A DNA stretch of 64,000 bases, from contig JAXHNB010000009.1 in the NCBI GenBank assembly GCA_034520945.1, positions 96,001-160,000 of the forward strand. Direction: 5' to 3'. The position numbers and the translations under genes were made by a program. This DNA comes from Trueperaceae bacterium (GTDB taxonomy: Bacteria > Deinococcota > Deinococci > Deinococcales > Trueperaceae). The notes below the pieces were generated by a model. It was not told the DNA's origin. It made no database searches and was given only the letters and a program-made list of their open reading frames with translations. Numbering within the stretch: position 1 is the stretch's first letter; every line of letters begins with the position of its first letter. This document shows positions 18,440-28,819 of the stretch, in pieces.

Positions 18440-20635
18440 ATGAACAGCCGCGCCCCCGACGAGTACCAGCACGTCCACTACGGATGGGACGACACCGTCG
18501 CCCGCGACCTCGATCCCGTCGACCGGCTCGTGTACCGATCGAACCTGCTCGGCGCCGACCAGCGGATCACCAACACGGGGGGCGGCAACACCAGCAGCAA
18601 GCTCGAGGAGCGCGACCCCGTGACGGGGGAACCGGTGGACGTCCTCTGGGTCAAGGGTTCGGGCGGCGACCTGCGAACGGCGAGCCGGCCGAACTTCGCG
18701 TCGCTCACGATGTCGGGCCTGCAGGCGCTGCGGGACCTGTACGAGCGCGCGCCCGACAACGGCCCGAAATCCGAGGCCGAGGACCGCATGGTCTCGATGT
18801 ACCCCCACGCCGTATTCGACCTCAACCCTCGCCCCAGTTCGATCGACACGCCGCTTCACGGGCTGCTGCCTGCGCGCCACGTCGATCACACGCACCCGGT
18901 TGCCGTCATCGCCCTGGCCGCCGCCAAGGACGGTGAGCGGCTGACCCGGGAGGTGTACGGCGACGAGGTGGGCTGGGTGGCCTGGCAGCGCCCCGGCTTC
19001 GACCTGGGCGTGGTCATGGCGGAAGCCGTGGCGGCCAAGCCGGACCTCATCGGCCTGGTCATGGGGCAGCACGGTCTGATCAACTGGCACGACGACGATC
19101 GCGCCTGCTACGTGCGCTCGCTCGACCTGATCGAACGGGCGGCGCGCTACCTGGAGGCGCACGACCGCGGCTCGGCCACCTTCGGAGGGCAGCGCCATGA
19201 CCCGCTGGACGAGGCCGAGCGCCGACGCGTGTTGCGCGAGGTGTTGCCGGCGCTGCGCGGCATGGTGTCCCAACGTAGCCGCTTCATTGCAACGGTGCAG
19301 AGCGACGACGCCATCCTCCGCTTCGTCGACGCCGTCGACGCGCCCCGGTTGGCGGCGCTGGGCACGTCCTGCCCGGACCATTTCCTTCGCACGAAGATCA
19401 AACCCTTGCTTGTGGACTGGGACCCGCAGAACGGCGACGCGGCCGACCTGATCGCCGCGCTCGAGGCCGGCCTGGAGGCGTACCGCGAGGACTACCGCGC
19501 CTACTACGAGGCGCACGCCCGCGTGGACTCCCCGCCGATGCGCGACCCGAACCCCACGGTGATCCTCGTGCCGGGCATCGGGATGATCGCGTTCGGCAAG
19601 AGCAAGAGCGAGTCGCGCGTGACCGCCGAGTTCTACAATGCCGCCGTGGAGGTCATGCGCGGGGCGGAGTCGGTCAGCGAATACACGGCCCTGCCCTCGC
19701 AGGAGGCGTTCGACATCGAATACTGGGCGCTCGAGGAGGCCAAGCTGAGGCGCATGCCGGCCGAAAAGGAGTTCGCGCGACGGGTGGCCGTCGTGATCGG
19801 CGCCGGCAGCGGCATCGGTCAGGCGACCGCCCACCGGCTGGCCGACGAGGGCGCGCACGTCGTGTGCGCTGACCTGGATGCGGACGCGGCCCGTGCCACC
19901 GCCAAGCAGCTCACCGACCGCCTGGGCGTCGGAATCGGCGTGGCCGGGACCGGCATCTCGGGGTGCGGACCCGCCATCGGTCTGGGCGTCGACATCACCG
20001 ACCGTGCCCGGGTCCGGGAGATGTTCGAGGAGGTCGTCCTCGCCTACGGGGGGATCGACACCGTGATCGTGACCGCCGGGGTGTTCGCCTCCCCAGGCGC
20101 GGACGGCACCGTCCCGGACGGCATGTGGGCGGCCTCGTTCGCGGTCAACGTGACCGGCGCCTACCTCGTGGCCGACGAGGCTCGCGCCATCTGGGAGGCG
20201 CAGGGCACGACCGGGTCGCTGGTGATCACCACCTCTGTGAACGCGACCGTCGCGAAGAAGGGATCGCTGGCGTACGACACCAGCAAGGCGGCCGCCAATC
20301 ACCTCGTGCGCGAGCTCGCCGTCGAGCTCGCCCCCACCGTACGTGTCAACGGCGTCGCGCCCGCCACCGTCGTCGAGGGAAGCAACATGTTCCCGCGCGA
20401 GCGCGTATTGTCTTCGCTCCGCAAGTACGACCTGCCGGCGGAGGAACACGAGGAGACGGAGGCGCTGCGCGAGCGCCTGGCGGCCTTCTACGCCCGCCGT
20501 ACCCTGACGGGCCAAGCCATCAGACTGGCCGATCAGGCGGAAGCGGTCTACCTGCTCGCCAGCGATCGCCTCGCGAAGACCACGGGCCAGATCCTGCCCG
20601 TCGACGGTGGCCTGCCCGAGGCGTTCCTGCGGTGA
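18440..20635 (+). CDS. rhaD: Bifunctional rhamnulose-1-phosphate aldolase / short-chain (lactaldehyde) dehydrogenase (RhaEW type)
   Basis: TNTGGGNTS, SIDTPLH, HVDHTHP, SCPDHFLRTK, FDIEYWALEEAKL, then an SDR domain (GAGSGIG, YDTSK). Confidence 0.93.
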   Translation: MNSRAPDEYQHVHYGWDDTVARDLDPVDRLVYRSNLLGADQRITNTGGGNTSSKLEERDPVTGEPVDVLWVKGSGGDLRTASRPNFASLTMSGLQALRDLYERAPDNGPKSEAEDRMVSMYPHAVFDLNPRPSSIDTPLHGLLPARHVDHTHPVAVIALAAAKDGERLTREVYGDEVGWVAWQRPGFDLGVVMAEAVAAKPDLIGLVMGQHGLINWHDDDRACYVRSLDLIERAARYLEAHDRGSATFGGQRHDPLDEAERRRVLREVLPALRGMVSQRSRFIATVQSDDAILRFVDAVDAPRLAALGTSCPDHFLRTKIKPLLVDWDPQNGDAADLIAALEAGLEAYREDYRAYYEAHARVDSPPMRDPNPTVILVPGIGMIAFGKSKSESRVTAEFYNAAVEVMRGAESVSEYTALPSQEAFDIEYWALEEAKLRRMPAEKEFARRVAVVIGAGSGIGQATAHRLADEGAHVVCADLDADAARATAKQLTDRLGVGIGVAGTGISGCGPAIGLGVDITDRARVREMFEEVVLAYGGIDTVIVTAGVFASPGADGTVPDGMWAASFAVNVTGAYLVADEARAIWEAQGTTGSLVITTSVNATVAKKGSLAYDTSKAAANHLVRELAVELAPTVRVNGVAPATVVEGSNMFPRERVLSSLRKYDLPAEEHEETEALRERLAAFYARRTLTGQAIRLADQAEAVYLLASDRLAKTTGQILPVDGGLPEAFLR

Positions 20636-21375
20636 CCCACGCCGCCCTCTTCGTCCCCTGCTACGTCGACACGTTGTTTCCCGACACCGGCAAGGCGGTG
20701 GTGCGGGTGCTGGAGCGATTGGGGGTAGGCGTGTCGTTTCCCGAAACGCAGACCTGCTGCGGGCAGATGCACGTCAACACCGGCTACCACCAGGACGTCC
20801 TGCCGCTGGTCCGGCGCTTCGTCGAGGCGTTCGGCGACGCCGAGGTGGTGGTCGCGCCGTCCGCCTCCTGCGTGGCACTGGTGCGGGATCACTACGGGCA
20901 GCTGGCGGCGCGCACGGGCGACGCGGAGCTCGAGCGCGAGGTGGCGGCCGTGACCCCGCGCGTCCGGGAGTTCAGCGAGTTCCTCGTCGACGACCTGGGC
21001 ACGACCGACGTCGGCGCGGCCTTCCCGCACGAGGTGGTGTTCCATCCCACCTGCCACGCCACCCGCACGCTCGGGGTCGGCGACCGCCCCCTGCGCCTGC
21101 TCCGGGCCGTGGAGCGGCCTTCGGCTGACGGAACATGCCGCGCGCCGACGAATGTTGCGGCTTCGGCGGCACCTTCGCGGTGAAGAACGCCGGACACCTC
21201 GGCGGCGATGCTGGCCGACAAGGTGAGCGACGTGCTGAACAGCCGCGCGGAGGTCGTCGTCGCCGGCGACGACTCCTGCCTCATGCACATCGGCGGCGGC
21301 CTGCAGCGGCTGCGGACCGGCGTGCGCACGATGCACCTGGCGCAGGTCCTGGCCAGCGAGCGGTCGGCGGCGTGA
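20632..21375 (+). CDS. lutA: L-lactate utilization protein A (Fe-S, CCG domains); three 1-nt insertions near 21115, 21135, 21192
   Basis: FVPCYVD, QTCCGQ, PSASC, HPTCH; after removing three extra bases the ORF reads [13 protein letters not shown]...[10 protein letters not shown] to TGA at 21375. Confidence 0.88.
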
Positions 21376-22814
21376 GCGGACCGACCCGCATCCCGCTGCC
21401 GTTCCACCGCGCGGCGACCGAGTCGCTCGGCGACGCGCAGATGCGGCGCAACCTGGGTACCGCCACCACCACGATCCGCGGCAAGCGCGATGCGGTGACG
21501 GCGGAACTGCCCGACTGGGAGGCGCTGCGCCAGGCCGGCAAGGCCGTCAAGGACCACACCCTGCGCAACCTCGGGTTCTACCTGGAGCGCCTGGAGGCGC
21601 GTGTGGCCGAGGCGGGCGGCGTGGTGCACTGGGCCCGCGACGCGGCGGAGGCGAACCGTATCGTCCGCGGGCTGGTGCGCGACACCGGCGCGCGCGAGGC
21701 GGTCAAGGTCAAGTCGATGACCACCGACGAGATCGGCCTCAACGAGGCGCTCGCCGAGGACGACGTGACGGCCATCGAGACCGACCTGGCCGAGCTGATC
21801 GTGCAGCTCGCCGGCGAGGAGCCCAGCCATATCCTGGTGCCGGCGATCCACAAGAACCGCAGCGAGATCCGCGCGCTCTTCCTGCGCGCCTTCGACCTGA
21901 GGCCGGACCAGCTCAGCGACGCGCCGGAGGAGCTCGCCGCCACCGCCCGCCGCTTCTTGCGGGAGCGATTCCTGGAGGCCCGCGTGGGGATCAGCGGCGC
22001 CAACTTCGCGGTGGCGGAGACCGGCACGGTGTGCGTGGTCGAGTCGGAGGGCAACGGCCGTATGTGCACGACGCTGCCGGAGACGTTGATCACCGTGATG
22101 GGGATCGAGAAGGTGGTGCCGAGCTGGCGCGACATGGAGGTGTTCCTGCAGCTCTTGCCGCGCAGCAGCACCGCGGAGCGCATGAACCCCTATACCAGCT
22201 TCTGGACCGGCGTTCGCGAGGGGGACGGGCCGCGCGCGTTCCACCTGGTGCTGCTGGACAACGGTCGTTCCCGGACGCTGCGCGACGAGGTGGGCCGCGA
22301 GACGCTGCGCTGCATTCGTTGCAGCGCCTGCCTGAACGTGTGCCCGGTGTACCAGCGCGTCGGTGGGCACGCCTACGGCTCGGTCTACCCCGGCCCGATC
22401 GGGGCGATCCTCAACCCGCAGCTCCGCGACCTGCGGCGCGACGACGACCTGCCCTACGCCAGCACCCTATGCGGGGCGTGCTACGAGGTATGCCCGGTCC
22501 AGATCGACATCCCCTCCATCCTGATCGAATCGCGCCGCCGCGTGGTCGAGGGGCGGCGGGCGCGCAGCCCTCTTCCCGTCGCGTCGGGGGAGGACGCCGC
22601 CATGCGGGCAGCGGCGGGCGTGTTCAAAGACGTCCGCCGCTACCGCGCGGCGCAACGGCTGCTGCGCTTGGCGCAGGCGCCCTTCGTGCGGCAGGGCGTG
22701 CTGCGGGGGCTGCCCGGTCCGCTGGCGGGCTGGAGCGCCGTGCGGGACCTGAAGCCGGTGCCGAGGCAGTCGTTCCGCACCTGGTGGGCGGCGCGAGGCC
22801 GCGACGATGGCTGA
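21372..22814 (+). CDS. lutB: L-lactate utilization protein B (LUD + 4Fe-4S)
   Basis: [54 protein letters not shown]. Confidence 0.95.
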   Translation: MSGPTRIPLPFHRAATESLGDAQMRRNLGTATTTIRGKRDAVTAELPDWEALRQAGKAVKDHTLRNLGFYLERLEARVAEAGGVVHWARDAAEANRIVRGLVRDTGAREAVKVKSMTTDEIGLNEALAEDDVTAIETDLAELIVQLAGEEPSHILVPAIHKNRSEIRALFLRAFDLRPDQLSDAPEELAATARRFLRERFLEARVGISGANFAVAETGTVCVVESEGNGRMCTTLPETLITVMGIEKVVPSWRDMEVFLQLLPRSSTAERMNPYTSFWTGVREGDGPRAFHLVLLDNGRSRTLRDEVGRETLRCIRCSACLNVCPVYQRVGGHAYGSVYPGPIGAILNPQLRDLRRDDDLPYASTLCGACYEVCPVQIDIPSILIESRRRVVEGRRARSPLPVASGEDAAMRAAAGVFKDVRRYRAAQRLLRLAQAPFVRQGVLRGLPGPLAGWSAVRDLKPVPRQSFRTWWAARGRDDG

Positions 22815-23466
22815 GGACGCACGACGCAAGATCCTGGCGCGCGTGGCAGAGGCCACCGAGGGCGTGCGCGACGACGATCCCGGCCGGGCGCAAGACGCGC
22901 TGCCGCGCGGGTACCGCCAGCAGGGCGCGACCGCGCCGGCGGCGCGCCTCGACCGCTTCGAGGCGCGCCTGGTGGATTACGGCGTGGACGTGGTGCGCAC
23001 CCCCGTGGCGGGCCTGCCGGGCAGGGTGGCGCAGGAGGTGGCCCGGCGGCGCGTGCGGCGCCTGGTGGTGCCCGGCGAGCTGCCGGCGGCGTGGCTCGCC
23101 GCCGTCCCCGACGTGACGCGCGTCGACCCGGTGGCCGACGCGGCCGAGCTGGTGGACGCGGACGCGACCCTCACCGGCTGCGCGGTGGCGATCGCGGAGA
23201 CCGGCACCCTGATTCTGGACGGCGGACCGGGCCAGGGGCCTCGCGCGGGCACCCTGGTCCCGGACGTGCACCTCTGCGTGGTGCACGCATCGCTCCTGGT
23301 CGAACTCGTTCCCGAAGCGGTGGCGCGCACGAAGGACAGCGTGGCGGCGGGGCGACCGCTGACGTGGATCTCGGGCCCCTCGGCCACCTCGGACATCGAG
23401 CTGGTGCGGGTCGCGGGCGTGCACGGACCGCGCACGCTGGTGGTGCTGCTGGTCACCGACGCCTGA
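22807..23466 (+). CDS. lutC: L-lactate utilization protein C (LUD domain)
   Basis: [24 protein letters not shown]. Confidence 0.93.
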   Translation: MAEDARRKILARVAEATEGVRDDDPGRAQDALPRGYRQQGATAPAARLDRFEARLVDYGVDVVRTPVAGLPGRVAQEVARRRVRRLVVPGELPAAWLAAVPDVTRVDPVADAAELVDADATLTGCAVAIAETGTLILDGGPGQGPRAGTLVPDVHLCVVHASLLVELVPEAVARTKDSVAAGRPLTWISGPSATSDIELVRVAGVHGPRTLVVLLVTDA

Positions 23467-23539
23467 ACGTCGCTCCGGGCGCAGGGCCGGACCGCGCGCC
23501 CGGAGCGTGAAACCGGCGCGCGGGACCGCAGCGCCGCGG

Positions 23540-24460
23540 TCAGTCGACCCGCTGGACGCGCACCTCGCCCACGCCGCCCTGGACGCGGACGTCGATCCGG
23601 TCCGCCTCGGCGGCTTGGTCGTACCCGGGCGTGGTGTGCACGTTGCCGTCGCGGACCCACACGCCGTCCACGCTGGCGCCGCCGAGGCCGGTGGAGACCA
23701 CGAAGCGCGCCTCGACGCTGCGGGGCACGCGCACGACGACCTCGCCGACCCCTGCGTCGATGCTGCCGGCGTACCCGCCGCGTTCGGGCAGGACCACGTC
23801 GACCCTTCCGACGCCCGCGTCGAGATCGATCGCCTGCAGCTGCAGGGCCCGCAGCGTAAGGGTGGACTCGCCGACGCCGGTGTCGAGGTCCAGCCGCAGC
23901 GGCACCTCGCGGGTGAGGTCCAGCGTCCAGCGCCGGTCGCCGCCGCGCGCGCCGAAGTTGGGACCGCGCGTGCGGCTTTCCAGCCCGATGCGGGCGGTGC
24001 CGCCGCTGACGTCGAACGACTGCAGCAACCGTTCGCCGGCGGCGGTGGCGACCTCGCCCTCGATGGCGAGCTCGTTGCCGGCCGGCAACGCGTCCAGGGA
24101 CAGCACGCCGACGCCGTGATCGACGTCGAGTTCCACCACGGACGCGCCGTTCAAGGGGTGGCTGATGGGGTGCACCTCGGCGGGCCCGCCCGTGCTGGGC
24201 CACACGCCGGGCACGCGGATCAGCACCGCGCCGACCACCACGGTCGCCACCACCACGGCCAGCCGGTAGCGCCCGCGCGTCAGGATGTCGGCGCCGACGG
24301 CGATCAGCAGCAGCGGCCACAGGTCCACCGCGGCCAGCACCAGGTTCCAGTCGAACCACCCGACGCGGCCGAGCAGGAGCAGCACGCCCACGATGATCAG
24401 CAGAACGGGGAGAAGCAGGGACGGGGACTTGTCGTTGCGGGTCGAATCGGTCTCGTTCAT
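23540..24460 (-). CDS. Membrane protein with LiaF/LiaI-like TM region and extracellular repeat (toast-rack-like) domain
   Basis: LIIVGVLLLL...LWPLLLIAVGADIL N-terminus; repeated xDxGVGxxxx motifs. Confidence 0.7.
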   Translation of the reverse strand: MNETDSTRNDKSPSLLLPVLLIIVGVLLLLGRVGWFDWNLVLAAVDLWPLLLIAVGADILTRGRYRLAVVVATVVVGAVLIRVPGVWPSTGGPAEVHPISHPLNGASVVELDVDHGVGVLSLDALPAGNELAIEGEVATAAGERLLQSFDVSGGTARIGLESRTRGPNFGARGGDRRWTLDLTREVPLRLDLDTGVGESTLTLRALQLQAIDLDAGVGRVDVVLPERGGYAGSIDAGVGEVVVRVPRSVEARFVVSTGLGGASVDGVWVRDGNVHTTPGYDQAAEADRIDVRVQGGVGEVRVQRVD

Positions 24461-24608
24461 GCAGGGGTTCCTCCTCTTGCGCGCACCCTACGCCTCGTGG
24501 CGAGGCGATGCGTCCGCCGGAAGGTGGAGGTGCCCAGCCCGGGTCGCGCTGCGGGCCGACGGCCCTTCCTGCAGGCGCCGCACGGGTGGGCGTCCACGGT
24601 GCGGACGC

Positions 24609-26048
24609 CTAGGCGGGCGGGTGTTCGGCGAAGGTCCGCGCCTCGGCCAGCAGGGTGCGGACCTCCTCGTGCGTCTGCGCCTCGCAGTACACCCGTAACA
24701 CCGGCTCGGTGCCGCTGGCGCGGAACATCAGCCAGGCCTTGCCGGCCAGGTTCAGTTTGACGCCGTCGAGGCGCTCGACCGAGGTCACCTCGCGGCCGGC
24801 GAAGCGGTCCGGGTCGGCGTCCAGCGCCGCCTGCAGGCGGGCCTTGGCGGCCTCCCCTTCCAGCGGCAGGTCGACTCGGTCGTAGGCGTGCCGCCAGTCG
24901 GCCTCGCGCTGCAACGCGTCCAGGCGCGCGCCCAGCGCCCCGCCGTCCGCGCCGGGTGGCGCGTCGCCGGCCTCGGCGCAGGCCTGCAGCAGGAACAGCG
25001 TGTTGGCGATGCCGTCGCGTTCGGGCAGGTGCTCCGGCACGCCGATGCCGCCGGACTCCTCGCCGGCGATCAGCACGCCGCCGGCCCGCATCTCCTCGAC
25101 CAGCCACTTGAAGCCGACCGGCGTTTCGCGCACCTCGAGGCCGCGCCGCCCAGCCAGGCGTTCGACCAGGCGCGACACGGTGAAGGTCACGGCGACGCGG
25201 CCACGCCCGCCGGCGCGGTGGCGCTGGTCCAGCAGCAGCGCGAAGATCTCGTGGCTGTTCAGGGTGCGCCCGCCGGGCAGCACGCCGGCCAGGCGGTCGC
25301 CGTCGCCGTCGGTGGCGGTGCCCAGGTAGGCGTCGCCGCGCTGCATGCGCGCCTGCAAGGCGGTCGTCTGGGCGGGCACGGGTTCGGGAAGCCCGCCGTA
25401 GAACATCGGGTCGGGCGTGCCGCGCAGCGTCTCCACGCGCAACGTCAGGCCGGCGTGGCGTGCGAAGCCGGACAGCCACCCGCCGGCCGTGCCGCCCATG
25501 GCGTCGTGCACCAGCGTCCCCTCGAGGTCCCGCAGCAGGTCGAGGTCCAAGAGGCCTGCCAGCTGCTCGAAGTACGCCTCGCGCACGTCGAGCGGCCGAA
25601 GGGCGTGCCGGCCTGGCTCATAGGGGGGCGCCGCGCCGACCTCGGTCCGTGCCGTCCGCGCGGCGACCTCGGCGTAGATCTCTTGGGTGGCGGTCCCGCC
25701 GTAGGCGCCCTTGAGCTTGAAGCCGTTCCAGAGGGGCGGGTTGTGGCTGGCGGTCAGCATCACGCCGGCGTCGGCACCGAGGTGCCGGACCGCGAACGAC
25801 AGCACGGGCGTCGGCAGCGGACCGTCGGCCAGGTGCACCTCCAGGCCGTGGGCGGCCAACGTCTCGGCGGCCGCTCGGGCGAACATGGGACCGGCGAAGC
25901 GGGTGTCGTGCGCGACCACCACCCGGCGCCCATCCGCGTCACGGAGCCAGCCGGCGGTGGCGTGCGCGGCGCGACGCACGTTGTCGGTGGTGAAGCGCTC
26001 CCCGATGCGGTCGCGCCAGCCGTCGGTCCCGAAGCGGAGCTCGTCCAT
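24609..26048 (-). CDS. Phosphoglucomutase/phosphomannomutase family protein
   Basis: FGTDGWR, TASHNP, DGDGDR, GEESGG, RASGTEP. Confidence 0.95.
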   Translation of the reverse strand: MDELRFGTDGWRDRIGERFTTDNVRRAAHATAGWLRDADGRRVVVAHDTRFAGPMFARAAAETLAAHGLEVHLADGPLPTPVLSFAVRHLGADAGVMLTASHNPPLWNGFKLKGAYGGTATQEIYAEVAARTARTEVGAAPPYEPGRHALRPLDVREAYFEQLAGLLDLDLLRDLEGTLVHDAMGGTAGGWLSGFARHAGLTLRVETLRGTPDPMFYGGLPEPVPAQTTALQARMQRGDAYLGTATDGDGDRLAGVLPGGRTLNSHEIFALLLDQRHRAGGRGRVAVTFTVSRLVERLAGRRGLEVRETPVGFKWLVEEMRAGGVLIAGEESGGIGVPEHLPERDGIANTLFLLQACAEAGDAPPGADGGALGARLDALQREADWRHAYDRVDLPLEGEAAKARLQAALDADPDRFAGREVTSVERLDGVKLNLAGKAWLMFRASGTEPVLRVYCEAQTHEEVRTLLAEARTFAEHPPA

Positions 26049-26102
26049 GGGCCGGTTGTACCGCGCCACGCACCCTGCCCTCGGCACGAAGGAACCTTGC
26101 CC

Positions 26103-27614
26103 TCAATCCAGGTGGCGCCACACCGTGCGGAACCAGCGTTGGGCGTGGAACGGCACCCGTTCCAGACGTCCCTGCATCTCGAGCTCGGCGGCGTCCGCCA
26201 GGATCTCCCGTATCGTCATGGCGCCGCTCCAGTCCACCCGGCCGCACCCGGCCAGGTCGAACACCAGTCGGTCGGCGTCGCGGTGCTTGGCCAGGAGCCC
26301 CGGCATCGCCTCCTCCAGCCGCTGCGCGTTGCCGTACCACAACACCCCGCGTAGCGCCACGCGGAGCACGCCGTCCTCGCGTGTCACGTCGAGCTCGAGG
26401 GCCTGCTCGCGGCGGAGGTGCTGGCCGATCGCGAGCAGCACCCCGATCAGCACCGCCTCGTCGATGCGGGGGGCCAACGCCAGCGTCAGCACGAAGGTGG
26501 AAATGGCGATCACGCCTTGCGAGCGGCTGTCGCGCGCAACGGAGAACAGTTCGCCCAGACGCAACAGCGAGGTGACCGCCGAAATGATCACGCCGGCCAG
26601 GACCGCGGCGGGCAGGTGATCGAGGAGCGGGACGAGGGGCAGGGCCGCCAGCAGCGCGAGGCCGGTCACGAACCCGCTCCAGCGGGAGGTGGCGCCGGCC
26701 AGCCGGTTCACGGCGCTGCGCGAGAAGCTGGCCCCGACCGGGAACCCACCGAACAGGCCCGCGGCGACGTTGGCGGCGCCCTGGGCGACGAACTCCCGGT
26801 CGGGGTCCCACGGCCGGCGGGCGCGGGCGGCCAGGTCGCGCCCGATGGTGGCGGCCTCGCTGAACCCGACCAGCGCCAACACCAGCGCGCCGACCGCCAG
26901 GCGGGGGGCGGCCTGCCACGGCAGGTCCAGGCGGGGCGTGGGCCAGGCGTCGCCGACAGCGCCGACGACCGGCCCGCCGTACCCGGTCGCGATGCTGACC
27001 GCCAGGGCGGCACCGGCCGCGATCAGCACGCCCGGGACCAGCGGGTGGATTCGCCGGGCCGCCTGAACGATCAGCACCGTGCCCACCGCGTAGGCGATCG
27101 CGTGCAGATTCCAGGTGGATGCCGCGGTGAGCGCCTGCCAGGCGGGCCCGAGCACGCCCCGACCGCCCGCGACGCCCAGGACCGCCGGAATCTGCGATAG
27201 CAGGATCAGGACGGCGGCGGCGTTCAGAAAGCCGATCAATACCGGGCGCGACAGCAGGTACGCCACGCGGCCCCACCCCAGCAGCCCGATGGCGATGCGG
27301 ATCAGGCCCACCATCAGGGCCAGCAGGGCGGCCAGCGCGATCCAGCTGGGGGTCGAGGGGGCCGCCAGGGCGGAGAGCGTCCCGAAGGTCAGCAGGCTGG
27401 TCGTGGCGACCGGTCCGACCTGCAGTTCGCGGGCCGACAGGAACGGGGCGGCCACGAGCAGCGCCGGAATCACGGCGTGAAGCCCCGCCACCGGCGGCAG
27501 GCCCGCCAGGTCGGCGTACGCGAGGGCTTGGGGCAGGGCCACCAGCGCCACGCTGACGCCCGCGATCACGTCGGGCAGGCGTGGCCGCGTGGGGCGGAAG
27601 CGGGGGCGGCTCAC
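26103..27614 (-). CDS. SulP-family anion transporter with STAS domain
   Basis: DVIAGVSVALVALPQALAYA, GPVA, GASFSRSAVN, C-terminal STAS. Confidence 0.92.
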   Translation of the reverse strand: MSRPRFRPTRPRLPDVIAGVSVALVALPQALAYADLAGLPPVAGLHAVIPALLVAAPFLSARELQVGPVATTSLLTFGTLSALAAPSTPSWIALAALLALMVGLIRIAIGLLGWGRVAYLLSRPVLIGFLNAAAVLILLSQIPAVLGVAGGRGVLGPAWQALTAASTWNLHAIAYAVGTVLIVQAARRIHPLVPGVLIAAGAALAVSIATGYGGPVVGAVGDAWPTPRLDLPWQAAPRLAVGALVLALVGFSEAATIGRDLAARARRPWDPDREFVAQGAANVAAGLFGGFPVGASFSRSAVNRLAGATSRWSGFVTGLALLAALPLVPLLDHLPAAVLAGVIISAVTSLLRLGELFSVARDSRSQGVIAISTFVLTLALAPRIDEAVLIGVLLAIGQHLRREQALELDVTREDGVLRVALRGVLWYGNAQRLEEAMPGLLAKHRDADRLVFDLAGCGRVDWSGAMTIREILADAAELEMQGRLERVPFHAQRWFRTVWRHLD

Positions 27615-27638
27615 GCGCCCGAACCTAGCATGCGGGCG

Positions 27639-28226
27639 TCAGCCGGCCTCGGCGTCCTCCACCCGTCCCGCCCCCAGCCGGTACACCGCGGCGTGGACGG
27701 CCAGGGCACCCTCGGCGATCCGGCCCGCCCACGCGTCGTCCTCTCGAAGCGCACCCGCGGTGGCGCGGACGTGCGCCCACACCGTCTCCTCGACCGGATC
27801 TTCTTCGTGCAGGCACGCGCGGGCGGCGGGCGCGATGTCGCGCACCAGCGGCGCCGAGGCGTCACCGCCGTCGCGCAGCGCGTCCACGGCCAGGCCGACG
27901 GCGCCGCAGCGTTCGTGCCCCAGCACGACCACCAGCGGCACGCGCAGTTCATGGACCGCGAAGTGGAGGCTGGCGCGCGCGTCTTCGCCGAGCACGTGGC
28001 CCGCCACGCGGACGGTGAACAGGTCGCCGAGGCCTTGGTCGAAGATCAGCTCGGGCGGCACGCGTGAGTCGGCGCACGACAGCACGGCGGCGAAGGGGCG
28101 TTGCCCGTCGCGCAACGCCGCCCGCCGGTCGGGGTCCTGGCGGGGATGCGCGGCCCGTCCTGCGGCGAAGCGGTCGTTTCCCTCTCGGAGCGCGGCCAGC
28201 GCGGCCGCGGGCGAAGCATCCGTCAT
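27639..28226 (-). CDS. Beta-class carbonic anhydrase
   Basis: LREGNDRF, CADSRV, HERCGAV zinc ligands. Confidence 0.93.
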   Translation of the reverse strand: MTDASPAAALAALREGNDRFAAGRAAHPRQDPDRRAALRDGQRPFAAVLSCADSRVPPELIFDQGLGDLFTVRVAGHVLGEDARASLHFAVHELRVPLVVVLGHERCGAVGLAVDALRDGGDASAPLVRDIAPAARACLHEEDPVEETVWAHVRATAGALREDDAWAGRIAEGALAVHAAVYRLGAGRVEDAEAG

Positions 28227-28405
28227 GCCCCCATCCTACGCATCTTGGCCAGGGCCGGGCGTCGCGTTCGGGGCCGCGGTCTAGAGCGTTTCGCACGGAG
28301 GTTTGCGCTCGACCCGCACGCCCCCGTAAGGTAAATATCGCCCCCTGAATTTTCCTAGTCGTCGCCGCTAGGAAGATTCTCTGCCTTGCAGCCTAGGAGT
28401 CTCGA

Positions 28406-28819
28406 ATGCCACCGAACCGTCCGTCCGGCACCTACCACACGGTCACGACCACCGGCGAAGCCGCCCGGGCATTCATTCCCGACGCTCTTCCTCCACGGAT
28501 GACCGTCGAGCCGACCGGCGAAGCAGCGGAGCGCCATGAGCGGGCGACGCTGGCCCTCGGACGCCTGGACACGATTTCGAGGCTTCTGCCGGACAAGCGG
28601 CTGTTCCTATACATGTACGTCCGCAAGGAAGCCGTCCACTCCAGCCAGATCGAAGGGACGCAGTCGAGTCTCTCCGACCTTCTCCTCTTCGAGATGCACG
28701 AGCTCCCTGGTGTCCCGATCGACGATGTGGTCGAGGTAAGCAATTACGTCGCAGCCCTGGACCATGGCCTCAAGCGGATGCGTGACGACGCGTTCCCGCT
28801 CTCGTCTCGCCTACTGCAT
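28406..28819 (+). pseudogene. Fic-family protein, N-terminal fragment (truncated)
   Basis: RAFIPDALPP...ALGRLD...YMYVRKEAVHSSQIEGTQSSLSDL...EVSNYVAAL...FPLSSRLL; homology then ends and there is no HPFxDGNGR motif. Confidence 0.85.

Noticed and set aside
21135..21371. Apparent N-terminal CCG extension of LutB (lutA-lutB fusion)
   Set aside because: Produced by the indels in lutA; LutB starts at GTG 21372 overlapping the lutA stop
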